Virus record (IMG/VR): IMGVR_UViG_3300030098_007301
Location: 32,001-96,000 of that record
Strand: one strand, 5' to 3'
Length of the DNA: 64,000 nucleotides
Source of the DNA: a virus
Shown: piece by piece, positions 48,312 through 60,300 of the stretch
How the letters are laid out: every line of letters begins with the position of its first letter
Numbering within the stretch: position 1 is the first letter of the stretch
Notes under the pieces: model-generated
Told to the model about the DNA's origin: nothing
The model's input: the letters and a program-made list of their open reading frames with translations, nothing else
Database searches by the model: none
Program-made: the position numbers and the translations under genes

Positions 48312-51300
48312 TTATGATACTGCCGTTGCCATTCCCATCACGTGGTAACTTAGTTTACCTCCCAGTGTTCCGTTAGCAGCGGTGCTTAATTTTAATTGTA
48401 TAGTAAACGTATCACTACTTGGGTCTACTATTTTTGATTCAATTGAATCAGTATTCGTATTGTCAAATTCGCTTATCACTGTTCCGGGCTCTGCATATCC
48501 GTCACTTCCATTTTGTATAAAGTATTCACCGACAAATGCTACGGCACTATGACTGCTCCAATCGCCACTTAAGAATAATTTTACATAACAGCCAGTATGG
48601 TTGTTTAAATTAATTGTAAGGGCTGTAGTATAAGTATTTCCATTTAAACTTACATCTTTATAACCCATCCAGTTACCGTTATTAGTGGTACCTACTTTAA
48701 AATCGCCTTCGACGTGAAGCTTAGCGGCGGGAGCTGTCGTAGAAATAGCGACTCGGTCAGTTCCTGCTTCAGTGAATAAGAGATAATCATCAGTATCTCC
48801 CTCCACCCTAAAGTCCATGTCCCTGCCGCCCTCATTAACCACCATCCTACCGTTATGGACTTCCAATAACGAAGTCCCATTAGCCTCACGGCAAAGCAAG
48901 AAGTGGCTCACTCCTCCTATAATATCTAAACCATAACTCGCACCATCCAAGTTAATTTTCGCGGCCCAATCCGCACTTGAATTATCATATATATAAAACT
49001 TAGCGTCGGGACTAGCTGTATGGTTAGTGCCTCTTACAATTTGTACTGAATCAGCATTATCAGAAAGATTTCTAAATATAGCACCGGTTCCGTACACATC
49101 TAATTTGTCTAGCGGCTGTGCCGTTCCTATTCCGACATTACCGCTATTCTTAACGAATAAACCCGTTCCTAGGCCTGTATAGGCAGCAAGTGCGTAAACA
49201 GTTCCATTCGTATTAGCAGTACAGTCCACGCTAAGGCCATAACCATGCGCGTTTGTGTTTTTGATTATAGCAGCCCAGTCATTAGCATTTTCCAGCACGT
49301 TAAGTTTTGCGCTTGGCGCATTCGTTCCTATACCAACATTACCATCAACATTTATGCGGACCTGCTCTACTCCTTTTGTATAAAAGCGAGTTATTCCGTG
49401 GGTAAAATTAGCGTTGTTTTTTGATTGCTGCCCAATTGTCAGTATGCCATTACCCGCTCCAGCCGTGCCGGGAGCATAGTGAAAATCACAACTTGTGTCC
49501 CAATTCCAGCCCGTTCCCAAAGTAACACGGCATGAGCCACTAGCCCCTCCTGAGCCACCTATTATCCATAAATTACCAGCAGTAGATGAGTCGTAACCTA
49601 GCAGCCTTGTGGATCCAAAATAAACTGAATTGGAATAACTGGTAAGTTTCACATCGCCACCAGTAACATGGAGCTTGTAGCTCGGACTTGCGGTTCCGAT
49701 GCCAACATTGCCGTCATTTTTAATAATAAATGGAGAGGCACCATGGACATACATATAGGTGCTAGCCGGGCAATCAGTATCATTGTAGTCTTGATTTACT
49801 ACAAAGGGGTAATAATGTACTCCTACTTTCCCTCCATCCTGCACCCAAAGATTAGTATTACCAGAAGAGTCAGTTGTTTTAAGCGTAAGTCCCGTTCCAC
49901 CGCCAGCTCCTTTTATTTCTAATCTTGAGGCTGGACTTGCCATGCCGATGCCAACATTGCCGTCAGACTTAATACGTATCCGTTCAGTAAAAGATGACCC
50001 AGTCGTAAACACCAACCCATCCGAACCATTCTCGACATTTATGGAACCACGGACTTGAGAAGAATCTTTTAGTTGAACATAAGCACCACCCGATTTACTA
50101 AGTATGAGATTGCCGCCAGTATCTACTCGCAAACTTTCTGAACCGGCAGTGTCAATAATTGTCTCATTAGTACGTAAACGAAAAGTCCTAAAACCGTCAT
50201 TTGCAACAGTGCTTGAAAGAACTTGTATTTCGTTTGATACAGAATCGGGGTCAACACGCCAATTACCTTGAGTCCCTAATACGTTTAATTTTGATAAAGG
50301 ATTATTTGTTCCTATTCCTATGTTGCCAGTTGCAGTACAAACTAATCCATAACCCAAAAATGTACCTGACCCGTTGTACCGTTGAATCTCAAAATTATTA
50401 TTGTTGGAGTGTATCTGGTACGCATAGTAACTAGAACTGTATATAGCCCCAGTATGAACGTTTCGGTTGAAGCCAATGCCTTGAAGACTGTTAGTAGCCT
50501 TAAAATTCATGTGGCCACCGAGCAACACTTGCCCCTCAATGTCTAGGTTGTATTGGCTATTGGGGGTTTTGTTTAAACCTATACTGCCAGCAGAGGTAAT
50601 CCGCATCCGTTCTGTATGAACCGTTCCGAAACGCATTGAGTTGTCTGCGTGAGAGTACTCTAAATATCCTTCATAACGCGCTGTTCCAGAATTAGCATCA
50701 CCAAACCCAATAGAATGAGTTCCTGTAGTAGTAGACCAAAGCGTCATACCCCCAGTAGTAGTTCCCGGATTACCTACGCTTAAGTCAATAGTTCCCCCTA
50801 CTCCATATTCAGTTGACCCGATAGCTACATCTTCACCATTAGTAGCTATAGTTGAATTTCCAATTGCGCTAGATCCAGTGAATTTAGGTATATAATTTGC
50901 GCTTCCAGAACCTGAGATGTTACCTCCACCTCCGCCTCCGCTGACTGTAGCCCAAACTACTGTCCCGCTTCCATCAGTTTGCAAGACTTGGTTTGCGCTA
51001 CCATCTGTAGTAGGGAAAGTAAACGCATTGTTAAATGTAACTGCTCCTCCGGAAGCATTGATTCTCATCCGCTCCGTATAAGAACCTCCACCCATAAACT
51101 GAACATTACCTGAGCCGCTCCAGCCATATTGCAAAACATTACTAGAAACTCTAGCAATGGTCCGAGTTGTTCCGCCGCTATCCTTGGATCTAATTTCATA
51201 GTTATGATCCATGAGGAAATTGCCGCCATTCATGTAGATGTCTCCACCTACTTGAAATTTATAAGCAGGACTAACGCCTACGCCCACATTCCCATCAGAT

Positions 51301-54300
51301 TTTACTTGGAATTTAGTTGAGTAACTAGAGCCCGGAGTTTGGATTACGAATAATCCATTTTGGTTACCAAGGTAAACATGATTTCCCCCTGACGCTTCTT
51401 TAATAGATATATAGCTATTAGCACTAGTACTTTCGAAAATAGCAGTTGTCCCTGTGCCGTAAACATGAAGAGTATCGGCAGGAACATGTGTTCCTATTCC
51501 AACACTAGCATGGCTAACATTTATAACTTTAGCGATGTTACTTGTCCCATGTTCCCTTGCTCCAATATGAACCATACCTCCATATTGACCATCTCCAGCG
51601 TTAGGTCGACTCGCCCATATTCCGGCTAAGGAAGTCTGAGTTTCACTGCTATTATATGCTCCTGCAAAATTAATTCCCCCCGCATGACCGTTTGCGTAAG
51701 TGTTAGATGAAGCAATTACTACATTATAATTTAGGCCATTAAAACCACCTATAGTAGGTCTTAAAACATGGAATCCAGCCCATGGAACATTTGTCCCTAC
51801 ACCAACGTTACCATTTTGGTTCATTGCAAGAGCAAGAGTATCCGGGGTACCATCTGTAGCCGCTCCGAATCCAAAACTTATTAACGCATTATTACCACCT
51901 GTATTATTTAAATTAGTAAGAGAAACTCTTCCAGAGGACGAAGCGTTATATCCTAAAAATGCGCCTATAGAAGCTGTAGAGCCTCCAACTTTTACAGCAC
52001 CTTCATAATAACCATTAGACACAGTTCCAGCTTGATAAACATTTAGTAATTGAGTTGGAGAATTTGTTCCTATTCCAACTTTACCTGATGTCACACTTAC
52101 AGTATTTAGGTAATTAGTGCCAGACTGCCTCGTCCCTAGATAAAACCTACTAGGCGTATAGCCAAACATGGCCCTGTTATTGTCGTCTGCACCGCAAGAA
52201 ATTTCTGAATTGACATGGAGCTTTGAGCTGGGACTTGCCGTGCCGATACCTACGTTGCCGCCGCCCGTGACACGTACTCTCTCTGTATTGCTGGCTGATC
52301 TAAAAATTAAATCGTCAGCAGAGAAATCAACATAAGCCGCAGAACCATTGTGACCTAACTGCAAATAATCTCCAGACGTAGAATGTTCTGAGCGTATCCA
52401 AGGTGCAGTTGTGTCAATATGAAGCTGTACTGCTGGAGCATTTGTTCCTATGCCAACATTACCGTCAGCCTTTATCCGCATCTTTTCAGTAACAGCAGTT
52501 GCATTATTGGTCGTTAAAAATGCCAGATACCCACTAACCGCAGTATTGGTATTAGACTGAACTCCCCCTCGAACTTCAGAATGAACTATGTTGGCGGTAC
52601 CATCGTTGTCTTTCCCCATGAACTGAAGGTATCCCAATGGTGCGTCATCAGCGGGAGATGCAGCATTATTATATAGTTGTAATGCTACTGCGTTGCTGGC
52701 TCGTTCAAATTTGATAGCGTCTCCAAGAACATGGAGTTTCTGCGCTGGCGCATTTGTTCCTATACCAACCTTTCCACTTTTAATATAAAGCCTAGAAGTT
52801 GATCCTTCCCTAATATTAAAATTATCTCCGCCCCCGTCATAGTTAGCCCTAATAGACCAATCTACAGAATCGTCGCTACCGAGCCATTCTATATCGCCGT
52901 TGGCTACTACGTTTCCAGTTCGTTTTAGTTGTATTTTTGGAAGAAAAGCTGCTGATCTAATTGTACCACTTACCTCAAGTTTTGTGGCAGGGTCAGAACC
53001 CCCCAATCCTATACCAACGCCAGTAGCAGTTATTCTTATTTGCTCGGCGTTGTTGGCGTACAGCAACGTTTTTGTGACTCCTGTATTTTGAGCTAATACA
53101 GTTCCCCCATATCCGCTTAAAGTCATTGGGGTAGTATAGTTGTAATGAGCGGATAAATCTGCATGATAAGCTGTGTTTTGGGCAGCTTGAAGTGTGATTC
53201 TAGCCTCACTAGAAGCCTCTACAGTTAATCCTCCCGATGCTCCTGTGTTGTCGATAAAAGCAGCTCCAATTACATGGAGCGCTTTCGATGGAGCATTTGT
53301 TCCTATGCCAACATTCCCGTCAGCGATAACCCGCACATGCTCACTACCGTCTACTTCTAAAGTAAGAAAAGAACTTGCAGTCTCATCACTAGCGTCAGCT
53401 TGTAGTTTTAATGCGCCGTCAGATGCGTCTATATAAGCTAATGGGGTTCCCGACGCGTTACTATCTCTAAATCTTATTATAGGACTGCTGCCGTTTATCA
53501 TCAACAGATTGAGAGGTTGATCCGTTCCTATACCAACATTACCTGCCTCAAAAGTGGTCGCCATATTTCCACCATCATAACGAAACCTAATTGGCTGTTT
53601 TGTAATAGTGGTTCCATTGGCTTTTTTCATTTCAGCGCCAATACATAAACCATCTGTCGTGCTCCAATTTGGAGATGCAGAGTTTAAGGTAGAAAGTCTA
53701 ATCACCTCGGGGATTTCATTATCCCCTACGGCACTTTTAGTAATATGTAGAGGTACGGCTGGACTTACTGTTCCTATACCAACAGAACCTTCCTTCAGGA
53801 TCGACAATTTTATTGCGGTTGGATCACCCCCTTTAGCCGCAGAAGTTGAGATAGTAAAATCACCGTAGGCTCCGTTATTAGTGCCTATAGACCAATTTCG
53901 GGTATTGCTATCTGCATATCCGGAGTAAAGCCCAATTATGGGTGAAGTGGCAGATCTTACAGTTAATAATTTAGCCGGATTATTTGTGCCTATACCAACG
54001 CTCCCTGCGGAAGTAATATTAAATTTATCTCCCCCGGCCCATTGCAAACCAAACGTACCATTATTATTATCTATATCCCAACTACCTGTAGTAGATTTAA
54101 GACGAAGAGTAGCAAAGTTTGAGGCACTTTCTATAATTGTCCAGCCATATATATGAAGTAAAGATGCTGGCGCATTTGTTCCTATGCCAACATTCCCGTC
54201 AGCCGCAATACGCATTCTCTCTGCGTTGTTTGTAGCAAACTGCATATACGCATTTTCATACAACCAAAAATAAGCTCTCGTTGAAAGCTCCGCAGCGATT

Positions 54301-57300
54301 GCTAGGCCATCAGATGTAGTAGCGTTAGAAGTGCCATTCGTAAGCTGAATTCTCCCCGCGGTGGTTTCGTGAACATGAAGTTTTGCAACAGGACTATTCG
54401 TCCCTATGCCAAAATTAGCTCCATTATTAATATATGAAGTAGTATTAGCAAAAAGAGCTACCTTAGCTGTCCCTGCAGTATACAGCTCAAGACCCCCTTG
54501 ATCCGCAGCAGAGCCGCTAGTGCCTTGACGAGTTAGCGCTGCTACTAAATAATCGTTACTTTCTAGTAAAATCCTTTTTCCGTCGCCTTTAGATTTAATA
54601 TCACCTGCGACATGAAGTGTTGAATCTGGAGTCGCTACACCTATACCCACGCTCCCGCTATCAAGAGCGATTATCGCAGAGTCCTGCAGAGCTGTCGTTC
54701 CATTCCAGCGAGGAATGTAGTGATCTGTGCCTGAACCTGAAACCCCACCGCCACCACTAACCGTAGCCCAAGTTACTGTTCCACTTCCATTGGTTTGTAA
54801 TACTTGCCCTGCTGAACCATCTGCAGTTGGAAAAGTAAAGGCGCTGTTAAATGTAGTAGCTCCAGTATTACTAATTGCCAACCTAACTGAACGTGATCCT
54901 GCGCTGCCTGTTTCAATACTTGCGTTATACCCACTTAGGACAGTTCCATTAGAGCTATGCTTGTAAAGGAATGCTTCTCCCCCACTTGTGCTTGGAGTAG
55001 TATTTGTTGAAAGCGCTATAGCTCCAACAAATGTAGCTTGCCCAGCGTTACTTATGGTAACAGCCGTTGTGCCCGCATTACTTCCTACCCTAAGTCTAAT
55101 AGATTGATTTTGATACGCAGCAATATCTAAAGCATGACCAGAACCAGATCCTTGTACTCCCATGAAAGCGTACAAGCTGCTGCCTTTCATTAACTCGAGA
55201 CCAACTGAACTTGCGCCTTGAATAGTTACGGCGTTACTCCACGAACCAGCGTTTGGACTAGCTGTCCCTACGCCAACAGCGCCTCCACTAAGATAAGAAG
55301 CCCCAGCTGCGTCTAAATATATTTTGTCGGTTCCGCCATTATTTTTTAACAGCAGAGCTCCCCCTGAATTACCATTAGCACTTTGTCCTAATTGAGCAAT
55401 TTCAACCGTGTTACCAGAATGGGTGACTGCTATTTGATCTACGGTTGACCCACTAGCTTTAACGTTTAATCTCGCAGTCGGAGCATTTGTTCCTATGCCA
55501 ACATTACCATCATGTTTTATTCTAATGCCTTGATTTGCTAATGTAGTGCTATTATATCTACTAATATCTAAATCCCCTCCACTAGCAGTTCCTACAAATT
55601 TTATATTAAAATTGTTATTTAGATTTGCGCTACCGTCAGATTCCCCTATGCGGAAAATAGCCGAAGCGCTAGCTACCGTACTTTCTGAATCTTGAATTGT
55701 TAGTACTGGGTCTGCGCCATATACATGAAGTAAAGATGAAGGACTTGCTGTTCCTATCCCTATCTTACTACTTGATTGAGATATTACAGAATCCCCTATT
55801 GTATTTGCATCGCTATATAATGGAACCTTGTTAGCAGTTCCTCCGCCATCTATGGTTCCAGATACAGCAGCGGGAATTAATCCTGATACAATGGCTATTT
55901 CATCAGTTAAATATGTACCTGTGCTAATTAAGTTACCGCTTAACGTATCTATTTTCCCACTTAGGCCAGCGTTAGTGCCTCCTGCTGTTGCTATACCTGA
56001 TACCGTATTTATTTCTGAAGTTAAAGTTTGGCCAGTAGTCACAAGATTAGTGGCAACAGTATTAGTGTTTGTCGTGAGCGTCTGGCCAGTAGTAACTAAA
56101 TTACTACTTAAATTTGTAATGTCCGTATCGTTGGATGTAATCTGGGTTTGTAAAGCTTGCCCAGTTGTAATCAAGTTACCACTAATATCGTCTACAACTT
56201 TTCCAGTTGATATTAAGTTTGTGGAAACTGTGTTAATATTGGTTGTCAGCGTCTGGCCCGTAGTGACCAAATTGCTAGTCAATGTTGTGACGTCAGAGTC
56301 GTTGCTAGTTATCTGCGTTTGTAACGTTTGACCGGTGGTAATTAGATTCCCACTAATGTCATCCACCACTGAGCCAGTTGAAACTAAGTTGTTTGTTAAC
56401 GTAGAGATGTCAGAGTCATTACTAGTAATTTGAGTCTGCAGTGTCTGGCCAGTAGTAATCAGATTCCCGCTAATATCATCAACAACAACTCCAGTTGAAA
56501 TTAAATTAGAATTAAGGGCAAATTGACCAGTTTCATCATAAATATTTATAGTGCTTCCCATGTTGGCATGTAATCCACACTGATATCCTAATGTTGCTGG
56601 AGCGTTTTGAGGAACCCTGAAAATAAGACTTTGACCTACTCCCGCCGCTCTGGAATTTGTTACGCCGCTCGTATACTCATCATTATAGTTTCCTCCTACG
56701 CCCCCGCTCACAATAATAAATGGGTGACTTGATGCGGAAGAGCTACTTCTAAATTTATACGTATTACCTCTTTGGAGATTTATTACAAGTCGATCCACTT
56801 GAGATGTAGTAAAAGCGCTTCCATCTGTTACTTCACTTAATAAATACCTATTCCCACCGCCTATAGATTGCACGGTTATATCAAATTGTGTGGAATAAGT
56901 ACCGCTGAGACTCTCTTCTGTTAAATAGTCTCCTGTTAAATTTTGTAATGTAGAAATATCACTATCATTACTAGTTATCTGAGTTTGTAGTGTTTGACCA
57001 GTCGTAATTAAATTACTTGTAAGGCTCGTTATATCAGAGTCATTTGAAGTAATCTGTGTTTGAAGCGCTGCTCCTGTTGATATAAGATCAGAGCTAGAAG
57101 CTAGTATTCCTGTATTATCATAAATTTTAGCTTCAGCCCCCATGCCAGCATGATGACCGCAATTATAGTAAAGAACGTCTGGCGCTGATTGAGGAACCCT
57201 GAAGTAAAGAATGCCTCCATTTTGAGCTCTAGAATTAGTGATTCCTGAAGTGTATTCGTGAGTATAATTTCCTCCGTTTCCTTGAGTAGCAAAAAAGAAT

Positions 57301-60300
57301 GGATGATTACTGGTACTAGAATCTGTAGTAAATTTATAAGTATCACCTCTGTTAAGGTATATTTCTAATTGTTTAACTTGAGACGTAGTTGTATGGCTAG
57401 GCCCAGTTACATCACTTAAATAATACCTATTACCTCCTCCATCGTTAGCAACGCTTACGTTAAATTGAGTAGAATAAGTTCCGCTAACACTTTCTTCTGT
57501 TAAATAATCTCCCGTTTCCCCTTGTAAGGTAGTTATCTGTGTCTGTAAAGTCTGTCCAGTAGTAATTAAGTTGGAAGCGCTTGCTACTACTTCGCCTTCT
57601 ACAGCAAGAGGAAAGTTCAACTCAAATCTATCATTGGCGTCATTATATAAAATATTTGCATTAGTTGCAGTTCCGCGATCAATTACAATACCACCGGAAA
57701 TTGCACTAATCCCAGCACCACTTTCGCCACTGTTAATTTGAATTATATTATCTTTAACTGCGAGATTCTCTACATCAACAATAACTTCAGTTCCCGTGAC
57801 TGTTAAGTTATTTATTGTAACGTCATTGGTAAATATTTTATTTCCAGCTATACTCTGGTTAGTTGTCAGCTTAACAGTGGTAGAATCTAAAGTACTAATG
57901 TCAGAATCGTTGCTCGTAATCTGAGTTTGCAGAGTCTGACCAGTAGTTATTAAATTTCCACTAATACTATCAACGAAGCTCCCTGTAGAAATTAAGTTAG
58001 CGGCTGAAGCAAATTGGCCGGTTACTGAATTATCAACTAAGTTCCCGGTATTGTCGTAAACATTTATGGTACTACCCATATTGGCGTGCAGCCCGCATTG
58101 ATACTTTAATGTTGGCGGGGCACTTTGAGGCACCCTAAAAATAAGGCTTTGCCCTACTCCAGCTGCTCTTGAGTTTGTTACTCCGCTTGTATACTCGTTG
58201 CTGTAATTTCCTCCCGCTCCTTCTGTTACAATTATAAATGGATGGCTTGCTGCAGAAGCACTACTTGTAAATTTGTATGTATTACCTCTTTGAAGATTTA
58301 TCTCAAGCCTATCTACCTGAGAAGTAATAAAAGCACTTCCTTCTGTTACTTCGCTTAATAGATATCTGTTGCCCCCATCTATAGATTGCACAGTTATATT
58401 AAATTGAGTAGAATAAGTTCCACTCGTACTCTCTTCAGTTAAGTAATCTCCTGTCTGCCCTTGCAGAGTCGTTATTTGTGTCTGTAGAGTTTGACCGCTA
58501 GTCCCTAAGTTATTCGTAACTGTATTTACGTTAGTTGTTAACGTTTGACCCGTGGTGATTAGATTGGACGTTAAAGTGCTAATATCAGAATCATTACTGG
58601 TAATTTGAGTCTGGAGGGTCTGACCCGTAGTAATAAGATTAGACGTTAAAGTGGTAATGTTAGAATCATTACTTGCAATTTGCGTTTGAAGCGTTTGTCC
58701 AGTAGTTATTAGGTTACCACTTAGCGTATCAACTTTACCACTTAACGCTGGGTCTGAACTTGACCCTGTTGTCAAGCCAGAAACTATAGCTATTTCCGAG
58801 GTTAGCGTCTGCCCTGTTGTAATCAAATTGCTAGTCAGACTAGATATATCTGAATCATTGCTAGTAATTTGTGTTTGTAGGGTTTGACCCGTGGTGATCA
58901 AGTTCCCACTTAACGTGTCTACTTTTCCGCTTAACGCTGTTACATCTTGTCCCCCAGCTATTCCAGAAACTATAGCTATTTCTGAATCTAAAAAATTTCC
59001 ACTTGAAATTAAATTTGAAGCATTATTATCGGTTGAAGTTTTCAGTGCTCCGGTGGCGGCTTTTAAATCAGAAATATCATCATCATTATCAGTAATTAAT
59101 CCTGAAACAGTATTTATCTCTGACGTTAAAGTTTGCCCTGTTGTAATTAAGTGTCCACTTAAAGTATGTATTTGCGGCTGTAAAATCTGTCCAGTAGTAG
59201 CCAAATTACTTACAGCTTCCCCTAAGTCGGTTTCTAGCGTTTCGCCAGTGGCAGATAAATTTGACGTTAAAGTAGATATATCTGAATCATTAGAGCTGAT
59301 TTGAGTTTGTAAGGTCTGACCAGTTGCTATTAAATTACCGCTAATATTATCAGCTTTGGAGGAAACATTATTAACATCTGTTGTTAAAGTCTGGCCAGTA
59401 GTTATCAAATTACCGCTTAAAGCATTAAATTTCCCGCTAAGTTCGCTCGTATCTGTGCGCCCTGTAGCTATACCTGAAACAATAGCTATCTCCGAAGTTA
59501 AAGTCTGACCAGTAGTTATTAAGTTGCCACTTAAGTCGTCTACTTTGCCGCTTAATGCAGGGTCTGAAGCCACTCCAGTAGTAAGGCCAGAAACAATAGC
59601 TATTTCTGCATCTAAAAAATTCCCAGTTGATATTAAATTCCCACTTAAGGCTTCTCCGGTGTTACTTAAGTTACTTGTTAGCGTAGCAATATCAGAATCA
59701 TTGCTAGTGATTTGTGTTTGTAAAATTTGCCCAGAGGTAGCTAAATTACTTACAGTTTGATCTAATCTAGTTGTTAAGGTTTGCCCCGTGGTAACTAAAT
59801 TTGATGTTAAAGAAGAAATATCAGAATCGTTACTTGTGATTTGAGTTTGCAGTGTCTGCCCTGTAGTAGAAATATTACTTGTTAAAGTCGATATATCTGA
59901 ATCGTTTGAATCTATTTGGACTTGAAGAGTCTGCCCTGTTGAATTTAAATTATTAGTTAAAGTTAAAATATCATTATCATTATTTGATATTTGAGTTTGT
60001 AAATTTCTACCCGTGGCGATTAGATTAGTAGTTACGCTAGATATATCAGAATCATCGGCAAAAGACCCAGTTTCACTTCTCTTGACCGCTAAACTTCCTT
60101 CTATGGAGAGAGGGAAATCTATTTCAAAATTGTCGTTAGTTTCATTGAAAATTATATCTGCATCAGGTAACGTGCCCCTGTCTATAACTATACCTCCGGA
60201 ACCTGCAGTTATACCAGCGCCCTGTTCGCCGCTGTTGATAACGATAGTATTGTCTTTTACCCCTAAATGCTCGACGTCAATTATAACTTCCGTCCCTGTT

